Source: Euglena gracilis
Lineage: Eukaryota
Assembly (NCBI GenBank): GCA_039621445.1
Contig: CP154954.1
Span: 42,029,572 to 42,093,571 of the forward strand
DNA length: 64,000 nucleotides
Reading direction: 5' to 3'
Shown piece after piece: positions 12,791 through 25,900 of this stretch. Positions within the stretch are counted from its first letter, which is position 1, and every line of letters starts with the position of its first letter. A model generated the notes under the pieces. It was not told where the DNA came from, did no database searches, and saw only the letters and a list, made by a program, of their open reading frames with translations. Position numbers and translations under genes: made by a program.

Positions 12791-14149
12791 ATTGCAATTG
12801 GGGGAGAGGCGGAGTCAATTAGGGGGTCGCTGAGGGCAAAAGCCCCCCCCCTTTTGCCTCCCTTCGATCCACTTTCAAATACCCTGCTCAAATGTTTGTG
12901 ATCAACCACGCACACCCTGTCAGATGGTGGATGACATTCCCCATTCTCTATTTAAAACACATCCTTTCTGTTCTTTTCCTGGAACCCTTGCCTCAATATC
13001 ACACTTGAAAAATGATCCAGTCTTTCATCCAGGATTGCCGTCTTTGCATCCCCTGACACAAAGTTGTTCCTTTCCAATTGTCCCCCACTGAGTTTTCAAA
13101 ATGTTTTAAAAGCTTGTGTCACATTTTACGAGATTTTTGGTTGTTGATTGGCAAAAATAAAATGGGGCTCAAATTGGCTGTTGTTTTCGCTTTCCGACAA
13201 GCCTCGTGCCTTCCCTTGCTGGACCAAAAGCACTCAATATTGTCATTTTTGACCTCGTGAGAGACATCACCTTCACAGCAATCATCATCCAAATCCTTGT
13301 CATGGTCTTCCAAGTATTCAAAATCAGGTTCCATCCAAAGCATGGTGATTGCTGAACCTCGATAAATCATCACTTCTTGCAATGAATCTGCAGAAGGTTC
13401 GGAAAGAGCGTCACATGCATAGGGGGTGGTTCGGGTCACGGGGGGGACACCACATTTTCGGTTGCCAAATTCACCGAACCCAAGCTATGGGAGATTTATC
13501 CATAAACTAGGAAATACCCGCTCCTGAAATTTGGTTTTGACACCAAATTAGGAACTGGCTGGGAAAAAGGTGCCTGGACCCCCCACCAGAGGGGTGACAA
13601 TCAACCACCAAACAATCGTAAGAATAAGCGATTAACCGCGACCAACTGGGGGCAGGGCGGTCCTTAAGCAAATAATAATAAAAAAACTCTGCTGTCCCAG
13701 CACACTCAATGCAAAATACACCGGAAAATGGGAAAGAAAATGGGAATTTTTCGGCAAGAACAGGTTGACATCGGGGGGAAAATGATTCCTGGTGTCCTTG
13801 GACCATCGCCCATCCACCCAAATCATCAAAAGACGTGTGTTTAAACTTTTTAATTTTGGACCCTGCTCAAGTCCCAGTCTGGTTCTTGGCTGGCCCTTTG
13901 GCCGAAACTTAAGAAAATTAAAAAAAAAACTTTCCTGTCCCTTGAGGACCGCCCTGATTGGGGGTCCTAGATTGATTAACCAAACGCCTCAAAAAAAAAA
14001 CATCATTGAAGAAAAGCACGACCTCTTCGGAGAACTCTTGGGTCGAAATGGCAAAACGCCAAGGGGGTGTGTTTGAGAGCTGTCTGTGAGGGTACCCTCC
14101 CCAACGACCAGGTCAGCTAGGTTCCCCCCCCAAACCCCATTAACACCGG

Positions 14150-15695
14150 AACCACTGCTGGTCAACACCCCTGCAGAGCGAAATTTTGGCAATTTTTCGG
14201 GATGCATCGGTGCCGCCAGACGCCTTTCTCCTCAGCCCTGGACCGCCCTACTGCTCCTTTGGCCAACAAGCAGGGCAACACACAACTGCATCAAGAGGAA
14301 AACGCCTGCCATGTGAGGTCAGACTTGCACTGCTTGACAGCATAACAGAAGTGCCACACCTTCTCGGGAAGAACTGTCCTCCGGGTGCAGCAGGGGGCGT
14401 ATGGGAAGCCCTGAGGGGGAGTCTGACCCCCCGCCTCCAACCTCGAAACAGCAAGCGCCCGCAAAATTTTCCATCATTTTCTGCAGCTGCTGCATCCCAG
14501 AAAATGCAAAAAAAATGCCCCCCCCCATTTTTAAGCGCATTGAACATTTTTGATGTTTTGGTGTTTTCCACATGCAAAAAAAATGGTCAAAGTGAGCATT
14601 TTTGGGAGTTTTTTTTTTGAGAAAGAAAAAAAGCAGTTATTTTTTGAACAAACTTGGCTTGGCATCCAGCCCATTGACTGCCCACAACTCTCCACGTTTT
14701 CGAAACCAAGGGGGGTGGACCCAACCACCTTACCCCATTGGGGGGGGGGGGCAGGGGTTGGGACCCCCTCCCACCACACCATCTACCCCAAACCCAAAGG
14801 GCTTCCCATACATCCCTGGGGTGCGGGTACTGCACCTCCTCGTTGGCGAACACCCACAACATCTGGAAATTCTCAATATGGAGCTTGAAAGCCATCCTGC
14901 TGCAGCCTCCCAGGTCCAGTAACCGCCCCACCTCCATCTGCCGTTTCATCACCTGAGAATGGGGAGATGAACAGTGGTGAACACCATCAAAGACACATCT
15001 GAACATGTGCACAGCCGCACACACAGCCACCCTCACCCCCCACACACACGTGCCAGGACTATAATATTGCCTCCCGCTTCCCCCAGCCTCCCGCCACCCC
15101 CCCACAGGGATTAGGTCTCTCAACCAACAACAAGAACCAGCTGAAAATGGCCGGAGGCAACGGTCAATTCTTGGGAGACATGCCTTGTGCAAAGCCCACC
15201 GTCACAAAGACCATTTCTCGATCAGAGTTTTTTCCGTATTGTCAATTGAGTATTCAATATTCAGTAATTCAATATTTTTGGCACCTGGCAGCGATTTTTT
15301 TTTCAACCAAACCCAGCATATGTTTCCCGCCTCCCCCCACCCATACGTATGGTCACTTCCACTCTTCCAAAAAAACCAGCCACTCATCCTCATCACTCAT
15401 CACAGAGCCATTCATCCCTGGGGGGGGGTTGGGCAGAAATAAACAAAGAGTCACTCTGGGGGAAAAAATGCGCAACGAAAACTACATGCAATTTGAATTT
15501 TTTTTTTGCGTTTTGGGGCCTTATTGCATCCCACCCCTGCCTGAAGATGACCCAAAATAGTTCAGTTCCGAAAAAATTACCCATCCATTCTGATTTTTTT
15601 CCACATTTTTACACATTTGGCATAACCCCCGCCCCCCCCGAAAGCAAGTTTCTCCATTCAGCAAAAGGCATAATTGGCAAAAATGGAGAATGAAA
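14150..15695. repeat. Segmental duplication, copy 2
   Basis: Diverged direct repeat of 10370-11790. Confidence 0.85.
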
Positions 15696-17886
15696 AGATA
15701 CTAATTATTTCACCGCCCAAACTCGGAATTTTTGATTAAGATTGCGGTTTTGGTTGGGCCACAGCTGGCCGCAGCCCAACCAACGACTGCCTGCCAACAA
15801 AATGGCTTCCCATTTTGGGATGCATAAAAATATGTGTCGCTGTCAGGTGCTGACAATCGGCAGGGGTCTCGCGGGGACCAGAATGATTTTTCAAAAAGCT
15901 GTTGTTCATTTGAAAGAGGTCACCTTCAACTTCCAAATTAACCCAGTCAGCCACATTTTCAAAACCAATCACCCATTTCCTACCCCCCCCAACCTGGGGC
16001 AGTCAGTCACTCTGGAGACACTGAGGCAAAAAAATACCTCAAAAGCAATAGATTTAGGCCAAAAAAACACCCCAAAAAAGTTCCAGTGCGGAGGGGGGAG
16101 TCCAGCATCCCCCAAAAAGCTCCTCACAGAAACCCAAACACCCACCCACACGCGCACACCTCATCTTCACCGTCGCGTCTGGGCACATGCTGCTCCGGCA
16201 CGCCCGCCTCCGCCACTCTGCCGGGGGCTGGGCCGGGGCTGCCTTCTGGCGACCCCGGTGTTGCCCATCCCAGGGTGGAAAGCATTGTTGTCTGTTTTCT
16301 CTGTGAACGGCTTCGGACCTCCTTTCAACCCATGCTGCCCCCATCAAAGCGGACGGCCAAACCCTTGGTTCGGTTTCCAGAAGAGGGGGGGGGGGGCGGG
16401 GGGACCCCCCTTCCGATACTGGGGTGGGGTGACCCCCACCACCGACCTCATGTCTGGAGCTTCCCATGCAACCCAGGTCCTCACATTTCCTCGCACGGGT
16501 CGCACTGGGGGGGGGGAGGCGCTTGACTAATTAGACTGAAAAAAACGCTCACCCAGACTAAGCACACAGCCACCACTGAGAGCTCTTTTCCCACTGGGGG
16601 GGGGGGGGTTCTGGAGGAACCAACTTCTCTGTTCTGGAAGTGTGTTGCCAAAAAAAACATAAAAATATGTGGTGTGTCAATGCAGCCTACATTGTCTGCC
16701 CTGGCCCAATGCCACCCACCACCAAACATCAGGAGACAGATCAACGTTGGTCAGTGGATCAAATCAAATGCATGGCAGGGCGAGGCACTTATCATCCACT
16801 GCCTGAACCTAAACTGCATACAGTGGCCTTGTTTCTGGCACGACCCAAGAAACAAACAGGGTGGCCAAAGAAACAGGCACAAGATGTGAGGAGCAGATAA
16901 AGCATCGGTGGAACACCCAAGCTGGCCGAAGCACACCTTTTGGCTGCCTTTGCAGCCAAAATATGGTGAGCAGGGCCCAAGGTGGCCAAGACGGTCCTTG
17001 CGCAACGGAAAGAGGCCTAAAGCAGCCAAAGCTGAACCACGGCAAGTGCAAGACCAAAGCCAAGGCCAAGGTGGCAAAACTGCTTCAAAGCGGCTGAAGA
17101 GCTGCAGAACAATGCAAGACCGCGTCGAAAGGAGGCGGCCAGAGTGACGAAAGGGCAGAAAGAGCAAAGCAGCCGGTGGAAAGCAGGCCAAAAGCACGGC
17201 CAGAAGCAGTTCACCAGTGGCCACCACTGAGCACCTTTCCCCCGTTGTCTGGCTTGGGATTATAAATGTCTCGCCGGGACATCATCTGTCTGGTGGTGGG
17301 GCGGCATATGGGCAGGCTGCAACCCCACCCATATGGGAACCAATAAAAAAAATATTCACAAAACTTAAAAATCAAATGAAAATCAAAAAAACACAAAACT
17401 TCAGAGAATTGAATGCACCAGAATGAAATTTCTGCATTGAATGCAGAAATTTCACAGGAAATTGGCAAGAAGAACAAGCCACATGGCTTCTTTATGAACA
17501 CACCAAGTTCACCTGCCCCGAGGGCATCGGTGGGATGGAACAAACTGAGGGATCGGACGCTTTCAAACGACAAAAACTGTGCCCCCACCTTCCTGCATCT
17601 TGGTGATAAATTTCTTTAATATTAACCACTTGCCCAACCCACCGTAGCGTTCACCGCTGCCAAATCATACAAACCCCAAAATGATGGGGACGCCAGGCGG
17701 GAGGCGCTGTTCCTGTTGCTGCTGCTCCTCGCTCCCGTTGCTGTTGCTCCTGCGTTCCTGTTGCTGCTGCTCCTTCGCTCTTGTGGTTGCCGCCTGCCTT
17801 CAGTGCCCCTTGGCAACATATCCAACTGGGGGAAAAATGCCAACCCTGGTGGACTGCACGTGTCGCGCGTTGGACGCTGAACCTTC

Positions 17887-17888
<2 letters not shown>

Positions 17889-17930
<42 letters not shown>

Positions 17931-17952
17931 TGTGTGTGTGTCTGTGTGTGTG
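17889..17952. repeat. (TG)n microsatellite
   Basis: Direct observation. Confidence 0.95.
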
Positions 17953-18249
17953 CGAGCGTTTGCCAGAAACGTGCACATCTGCGTGCCTGTGGGTTGTATG
18001 GCCACCTGAGGGAGACAACAACATGCACAACCCTTGAGGTAGCACAGGGCACTGGGCAAGCAGGTGGGAATGGGTGCTGGGTTGGCATGGGCAGCAGACA
18101 CGTCGAAGTCGAACTTCAAGTTCTGGGGGAAAACACACCATACTGCAGTCCAATTTCAGAAAAAAACAAGTCACCACTTGAAAAGAACACTGAGCGGTAT
18201 GGGCTGCACTCAACAACGAACAGTTACATGGATGAAAGGCAAAATATAC

Positions 18250-18600
18250 CCCACCCCCCCCCTTTGTCCAATGACCGGTAACCTCTGTCCTCTGACCGGG
18301 GGGGGGGGTCGTTGGACATGGGGTCAAAAGAAAGTTGGTGGGTGCCCGGGTCCCTACCCACCCAAAAATGCCGCAATTTTCCCTTCCGGCGCTTTGCGCC
18401 GAAAATTTTGGGCAATTTTGACAAATTTTTGTCCAAAAAGTGTCAAAAATGGAAGTTTGGCCAAATTTTTGGCCAATTTTTGGGCAAAATTTTTCGTCCC
18501 GGCGCTTCACGCCGGGACCAAAAATTTGTTCAAACCTCCGAAAAGGTGTCCTCTGACCGGGGATTGGATTGGATTGGATTGGATTCTCCTCCTCTGACCA
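18250..18600. repeat. Dispersed repeat family G (also ~23080-23470, 26450-26720, 37855-38065)
   Basis: Short internal inverted repeats TGTCCAAYGACC...GGTCGTTGGACA and a shared AAATTTTGGGCAATTTTGACAAA core. Confidence 0.75.
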
Positions 18601-18844
18601 GGGGTCAGGGATGGATGGGAAGCCTTGAGGGGGGGGGTCGGACCCCCCCTCCCAACACGGAGGGGGGGGGGTCGGACCCCCCCTCCTACCTCCCCCCCCC
18701 CTGTCCAACGACCACTAATGTTCGTCTCCGACCGGGGGGGCGGTCGCTAAAATGGCCAATGTTCGTCTCCGACCAGGGGGGGTGGTCGTTAGACAAGGGG
18801 GGTGGACCCCAAATCGGAGGAAAATTTACCATAGATAGGGGGAA

Positions 18845-19185
18845 AATGGCCATTTTTGGGCTGTTTTTGGCCATTTAGCTATTTCTTAACTACGATTGGC
18901 CACTTTTGGCCATTTTTGGACATTTTTGGGGCACTTTTGGGAATTTTTAGGCATTTTTGACCGCTTTTCGCCATGTTTGGTCGCTTTTGGCCACTTTTGG
19001 CAACTGTTGGCCACACTTTGGCCCCTTTTGCCCATTTTTGGCCACTTTAGGCTGTTTTTGGCTACTTTTGGCCATTTTTGCCTTATTTTTGCTATTTTTG
19101 GCAACTTTTGGCCATCCTTTGGCCATTTTAGGCCATTTTGGGCCATTTTTGACTGTTTTAGCCAACTTTTAGCAATTTTGGCCGA
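18845..19185. repeat. Degenerate ~10-11-bp TTTTGGCCA(C) minisatellite
   Basis: Direct observation. Confidence 0.8.
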
Positions 19186-19827
19186 ACCAACATCGTATAC
19201 AAAAAGATCGTCTCTGACCGGGGGGGGTGGTCGTTAGACAAGCCCGGTCGTTGGACAAGGGGGGGGGGAGGTACCTCAAAACTGAGGGGGGGCCGAAAAT
19301 TTTTCGATTTCATGGACGGGCAAAGGGCCGGAAATTGGGTCAAAATCGGTCAAAAATCCCTGATTTTTCTTTGAAAATCGATCCAAAAATGCTCGTTTTT
19401 TGAAATTTTTTGAACACTTTTTTGGGGGAAAACACCAACACATCAAAAAAAGGGCAATATGTCCAAAAGTCAGCAAAAGGGGGTGTTTTTTGCTCATTTT
19501 CCGGCGCTGTGCGCCGGAAGAAAATTTTCTGCTATTTTTGGCACCTGTCAAGGGGGGGTGTGGGGTCCTCCCAACATCTAGGGGGGAGGGGGTCGTCCAG
19601 ACCTCCCCCCTACCACCTTACCCCCCTAGGGGGGGGGGGTGGCGGGACCCCCCCCCTACCACCTACCTCAATACCGAAGGGCTTCCCATCCATCCCTGGG
19701 GGGGGGGTCATTGGACATAGGGGGGTCGTTGGACATAGGGGGGGGGTAATGCCTTTGGAAGCTTCGAATCCATGCGCTCCACCGCCTTCCTTCTTTCCAT
19801 TCTTCCATTTTTGACTGAAGTCAAGCC

Positions 19828-20132
19828 CAGGCTTGTGCTTAGTCGGGTGCCTACCCCACAGGGGGGGGGGTGCTAGGGGCAGGCACCCCATAGCACCCGA
19901 TCCGACCCCGGGGGGGGGGGGGGGGGGGTTTTGGGGGGTGCCTGCCCCTAACAGGCACCCCCCTCTGACCCCGGCGCCGGGGGCCCGGAAAAGGCCATTT
20001 TCAATGAAAATTTTCTGGGTCCGGCCCGCACCCCTATCCCCCCCCCCCGGGGGGGAGTGTGCCTGCTAGGGGCAGGCACCCTATAGCACCCACCCCCCCC
20101 CCTCCACCCCCCGGTCGGTAAGCACAAGCATG
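19828..20132. mobile_element. hAT MITE family A
   Basis: TIR CAGGCTTGTGCTTA / TAAGCACAAGCATG; perfect TSD GTCAAGCC. Confidence 0.92.
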
Positions 20133-21101
20133 GTCAAGCCCGGCACCCCCTCTTCATGCGTGTTCCTGCCAATCCAGCAATACACACCTGAGCGACTTGC
20201 GGCAAGAGGTGTGCAGAGGTGCTGCCTCTGCATATGCCCCCACGCACGCTCCTGCGCCTGCCCTCGCGCCCCACCCGTGCCTTTGCTGCCGCCTGCCGGA
20301 TCCCTTCAGTGACCCCTGCTCATACCACGCCGGGTTCGCCGGGTTGAGGTGGGGGTAAAGCATGCTTCCACTCCACTCCACCATCATGTGCCCCCCACAC
20401 GTGTCCATCGCACGCGTTCGGTGCACACTCCTGGGGGTGCGGTGCAAGCGTCCACGGGTTGGAAGAGGGAAACCCAGCAACGGTGAGCTGCCGGGTGGGA
20501 GCAGGGGGCCCTGAGTTGGCGGGTGGGGAACGGGTGCTCGGTTGGCGATGGCAGCTGCAGCAGCACCATGGCTCCGAGGTGGACTGCAGATGGGGCTGAG
20601 TGCCAATCCCCTGCTCACCCCCGCAACCAGGGAAAAAAAACCTGGCAGATGCCCGACCAAAACACCGACCAAAATTTTCCTAGGCCAGAGGAAAATGCAA
20701 TGAAAAACTTTCCTGTCAGACTTGCATGTATTCCATTTTTTTCCCCCAGAATTTTCCCTGAAAATCAGTTTACGACCATTCAAAAAAAAACTCCGTTGAC
20801 CTGAATTTCTGATCTTCTGTTTTAATGGTGACCACATGTTCTCATTACCCAGAAAGATTGCACACGTGTGCGTGCATTGTCCTGGACCAGATTGCCGGGG
20901 GAGCAGGGTGCAGTGGCCGCCCGCGTGGTGAGAGGTCGACCTGAAAATGCGGGGCAATCACCCACCCCTCAATTATGATGCTCAGGCTGCAGCCCAAATC
21001 CCCCCCCCCCCAAAAGCAAGGAAGTGGTCCAGACCACTCCCCCGCGCGTTGTTTTGGGGGTGCATTGTTGTACTGGACCCCGTCGAGCATTCTTCTCAAG
21101 G

Positions 21102-22531
21102 CAGGGGCAGGGAGATATTCCGGTCGGCTGAAGATTCTATTCCGGTGTTTTATTCCGGTTTATTCCGGGTTATTCCGGTTTATTCCGGAATTTATTCCGG
21201 TTTATTCCGGTCAATTTCTGTCTGAATGGATTTTTTTGAAATGCAATTGGGCCGAGGCGCTCACCCAGGCTTCAGGAATAGGGATGCATTCCTTGGTTGC
21301 CCCGTCCAGCCAAGTGGTCACTTCGCACTTGGTGATGCGGGTCTGCACACCACAGCAGACCCTGGCCTTTTCGGGAAAAACAAGCTAATGAAAATTGGGT
21401 CAACATGTGTTTTCATTGCGCATCTGTGAATTGCGCATGCTCGTGTATAATGAAAACTCAAGAGTTATATTGCGCCACGGCACAATCTAAATGCAACTTT
21501 TTATGTCAAGAACTGTGTTTGGGCTGAGTTAAGGGGAGCCCAGGGGTGGGGACCACAGCGCCTTCGCCCCTTCGGCGCCGAGGTCGCCCCTGGCCCCCCC
21601 TAAAACTTTGGGCCACAACACTGTTCTTGGTCTAAAACTGTGTTTGGGCGAAGATTTGAGACTTCTTATGTCACGAAATCGGCCCAAACACGGTTTCAAA
21701 TTCAAAATCAGCGCGGCTGTGGTGCCGAAGCGGACACCTCAGCTGGCAAATCTTCATGGAAAGATCGCAGAGTCTGAAAAAAACAACAAAACAGGCCAAA
21801 ATTCCCCTGGCCTGTGTAAGCACCATCTGGGGAACACAGTCAAAGCTTCGAAAACGAGGAAGGCCCTTTTTTGGGGGAAATTCGCATGGCCCGGCGTTCA
21901 AACCCGGGGATTTGAACCCTTTAAAATGGAGCACAGGCTTAAAAACACCAAAAGGGCTTGTTTCCTGAGTCCCAAGAACGCAAATGATGCACGTGTCACC
22001 GTGGAGGGTCCCCACGGAACCTCAGGGCCAAAAGGGTGAAACCCCGGGTATCAAAATGCAACGTTGAGCGCAATGCAAAAATCAAAACCTTAAATGCAAG
22101 TCAGGCCGCCTAAGAGTGTTATTACCCCTGATTGAAGGATGAATCGCTTTGCTTAATGGGATTCCTGCCCCAAAAATTGGCGTTGATATTGCCCTGGTTC
22201 ATATCCCTTTGGAACTCAGGAAGAAACATTCACTAAGCACAGCCCCCCCACAAGGGGTATAAAATCCAAAACAAAAAATGCATTCAACCAAGGGGAGAAA
22301 TAGGCAAAATGAAGGTGTGCTCCTGATAACAAGAGCCAATTGTGCTACACTTGCGCTGTTTGTTGCTCTTGTGATTCTGAAACCTGAAAATATATCAAAC
22401 TTCACCTTCATTGCCTTTGTCCTGCAGAAAAATTTCAAGGCATTGGCTGGCACTTTTATTCCGGTTATTCCGGTTTATTCCGGTTTTTGCTATTCCGGTT
22501 TATTCTGGACCGGAATATCTCCCTGCCCCTG
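21102..22531. mobile_element. 1.43-kb non-autonomous hAT element with TATTCCGG subterminal arrays
   Basis: TIR CAGGGGCAGGGAGATATTCCGGTC / GACCGGAATATCTCCCTGCCCCTG; flanks CTCAAGG(G). A related end lies at 56690-56812. Confidence 0.88.
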
Positions 22532-22539
22532 CTCAAGGG

Positions 22540-22962
22540 CAGGGTTCGATATAAGGAGGGGGGGGGGTGGTCCGGACCCCCCCCCCCCTGAGGGCAAGGA
22601 GGGGGGCGTGGGGGGACCCCCCCCCACCTAAACAGTGGCGCGGTCAGGGTGACCGATTTTCGGCCCGGCGCGAAGCGCCGGGCCGAAAATTTTTGACCCC
22701 CCCAAATCGACCAAAAGTGCCATTTTGGGCACTTTTTGGGCAAAAATTGGCCAAAAATGCAAAAAATTTTCGGCGCGAAGCGCCAGAGGAAACAATTGAC
22801 CCTTTTGGGGGGGGTCCCGGGTACCCCCCGAGGGTCGGTCCGGACCCCCCTTGCAGGTGGGGGGGGTGGTCCGGACCCCCCCCCTGCGGGCCAGGAGGGG
22901 GGGGGGGGGGGGGGACACCCCCCCCACCTAAACTATGTACGCCCTCCTTATATCGAACCCTG
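22540..22962. mobile_element. hAT MITE family E
   Basis: 21-bp perfect TIR CAGGGTTCGATATAAGGAGGG; perfect TSD CTCAAGGG. Confidence 0.93.
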
Positions 22963-25900
22963 CTCAAGGGGGCCGATTTTTTGGTCAAAAATTTCCATCC
23001 GTACTGTTGGCGCCAAAACATTCTTTCTCTGCATGGTGCTGTGGTGGGGGGGGTCCACCCCCCCCCCCGGTCTTACCCTCCCCCCCCATGTCCAACGACC
23101 AGTAACGTCTGTCCTCCGACCGGGGGGGTGGTCGTTGGACATAGGGTAGTGACCAAAAAGGTGTCCTCTGACCGGGGGGGGGGGTGGTCGTTGGACAAGG
23201 GGTCAAAAAAAATGTTGGCAGGTAATCGGGACCCCACCCCCCAAAAAGGTCAAATTTTCCCTTCCAGCGCTTTGCGCCGAAAATTTTGGGCAATTTTGAC
23301 AAATTTTTGTCCAAAAAGTGCCAAAAATGGCATTTGGGCCAATTTTTGACCAATTTGGGGCACAAAAATTTTCGGCCCGGCGCTTCGCGCCGGGACCAAA
23401 ATTTTCGCCAAACCTCCAAAAAGGTGTCCTCTGACCGGGGGGGGTGGTCGTTGGACATAGGGGGGGGGGGGTAAAAGAAATCCATGAAGTTCAGGGAGTG
23501 GAGTTCCATTCAAACCCTGCAGGTTTTGCTTTGCTGGTGCCGATCTGGGCAGCTTTTGGTGCAAACCCTCCGAGTGGGCAAACCACGGATTTATAAAAAG
23601 AGGTAAAAAATGATAAAAAGCAACCACAGTCCTCATTTCCTGTGGATTCGCTCAAACATTTGTTTGCTCCAGGGTTCAACAAAAAGCCTTCGGGGGCGTG
23701 GGGGCAAAATCAATTTAATATTTGTGCAGGATTCATGCAACTTGGGGGGGGGGTGAAGTTTGGGGTGGTTGCATTTGGGGGGGGAACAACTGAAAGCAAA
23801 GACAATAAAAACAACTAACAACCCGCTAGGTCTTGCATCCAACTCTGTGGGTGGGGCAAACAGTGGGCAAGCAGCGGAACACCTGGCGGACAGGCCGGCC
23901 AATGCTTCGGAGGGCGCTGGGGAGGGGCTGGGGGACTGGGGGCTGCCCGCACCTGCACCCGCACCCGCACCCGCACCCGCACCCGCACCCGCGTTCCGGC
24001 TGCGGCCGCCACCGCCTCCGCCTCCGCCGCCGGCCCCGGCTGCCGCGTCTTCAGTGCCCCCTGGTCGCGCCGCAAGCCAAAGACATACGGGGGGTGGGGG
24101 TGCGGCGCAGGCTGCGTGAGGTGGGGGCGAGGCGCGGGAGAGACAGCAGGGGACGGACTCCACCAACTCCACTAACCCATACCAGAAACGTGTTTTGGTG
24201 TGCGTGCATGCGCAGAAGCGTGCGAGTCACCCAGAAAAGTTTTTGACACAATGGGAAACAAACTGGTATTAAAAACACAGAGTCGGAAACCACCAAAACT
24301 GGTGGGCGGTGCCACGGGGCACTGGATTGGAAGGGGGGTTGTGGTAGGGCCACGTTGTGAGAGGCCGAATTCAAAATAAAAAGAAACAATGATGGGATGG
24401 AATACAACATGCAAAATGCCAAAGATTTATTTTTTTTAAAAAAAAAGAGAGACGATAAGAGAGTCCAAACAAAATTGATTCCAGAATACACAGATAAATC
24501 AACATTTCTACAAAATACATTTTCAACAAAAAAACAATTGAAACACGGAATATCATTTCTTGATCAAACAAGTGAATAGAAAACAATACAAAACAACTAT
24601 AATAATAATAATAAAATACAATAAATCAACAACTGAGTTTTGATGGTTGGGCAGAAAATAACAAAAAATTGAATCAGGCACAAACGACTCCCACCGCTGC
24701 TGAATAAAAAAATTGAAAATTTCAATGTGACTCACAAAAATTTTCAAACCCACAAAACTGTTGGTGCCCACAACAACAACAAAAGTTGGTTGTGCACAGA
24801 CCTTTTCCCAAAAATGAGTCACAAAAAATTGGTACTCGCGCGTGACCCACAAAAAAGCCACCTTGGACGAATGCAGGTTTCATGGTGATGACTTTCTATT
24901 TCCCAAACCCATGCTCCCCCCTTTTTCATAGAGCACAGCAGCGGATGTCGTTTCATGCCACAATCAGGACAAATAGCAAAAAAAAAAATGATGATGATGT
25001 GGTTGCCATTGGCCCATCACCATAGCCCTTTTGTTCCACCATTGCCACCATGTGGTTGGCAGTTGACGGGAGGTGCCAAGGGCAATGTTTTGGAAATGCA
25101 ATTCAAACCCAAAAAACGCTTTTGGCGTCTTCCCACCAGCCTGCAACTTTCAGACTCCATTTTTTTCCCACACCAGCAACGTTTCTGGACATCATTTGTA
25201 GCAAAACCCTCAAAAACTCCTCCAGCCACCATTGAACACTCTGCTCCTCAGGCGCAACCCACACCAACAAAAAAAAACAACCCAAAGGTAGCCCCCAGGC
25301 ACGGCAAAAAGAAAAAAAAATTCGGCGGAGAAGGTGGCGATGTTGTTGTAATGAATGAGAGGAGAGGGAGGGTTGGGCGGCGGCTGAGGCGATCCTGGGA
25401 GCTGTCAACTTCACCACCGTGTACCCAGCCCCCCCCCCCACCCCAACCCTGTCCCCCCGGGGCCCTACGCTATGTGACAGCCCCCGCCAGGCGGGGCAGT
25501 CAGGCGACAGACGAAGGGCCGGTTGGGAATCCCGGCTACGGTGTCCCCCCTCACCCTCCCCTACGGCCCCGCTCCCAACCGGCCCTTCTCGCGGCGGAAG
25601 GCCAAGGGGGTCCCCCATCCCCTTGGCCGCGGTCTGCCCGGTTTGCCAGGCCCAGGGCCCTGGCCCAGCCGCGCTTAGTGGCGCCGGGGGTGGCAGGGGG
25701 GCAGCCTCGGGGGCGGCCTCCTTTCCAGGCGGGAGGGGGATGGGGCATGGGAGGGGAGGGAGCGATGTGGGTTGGGGGAGGGCTGGTGGGCAGCCCACAT
25801 CGCTGTGGGCCGCCCGCCAACCCTGCCCCCGGCGTGCGTGCCAACCGCTGCGTGTCGTGGCCACCGTCCCCTTTCAAACCGGAGGGGGAGGGAGAGGGCG

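Noticed and set aside
13119-13439. Acidic 106-aa ORF as a gene
   Set aside because: Possibly an exon, but no recognisable motif and no supportable splice partners.
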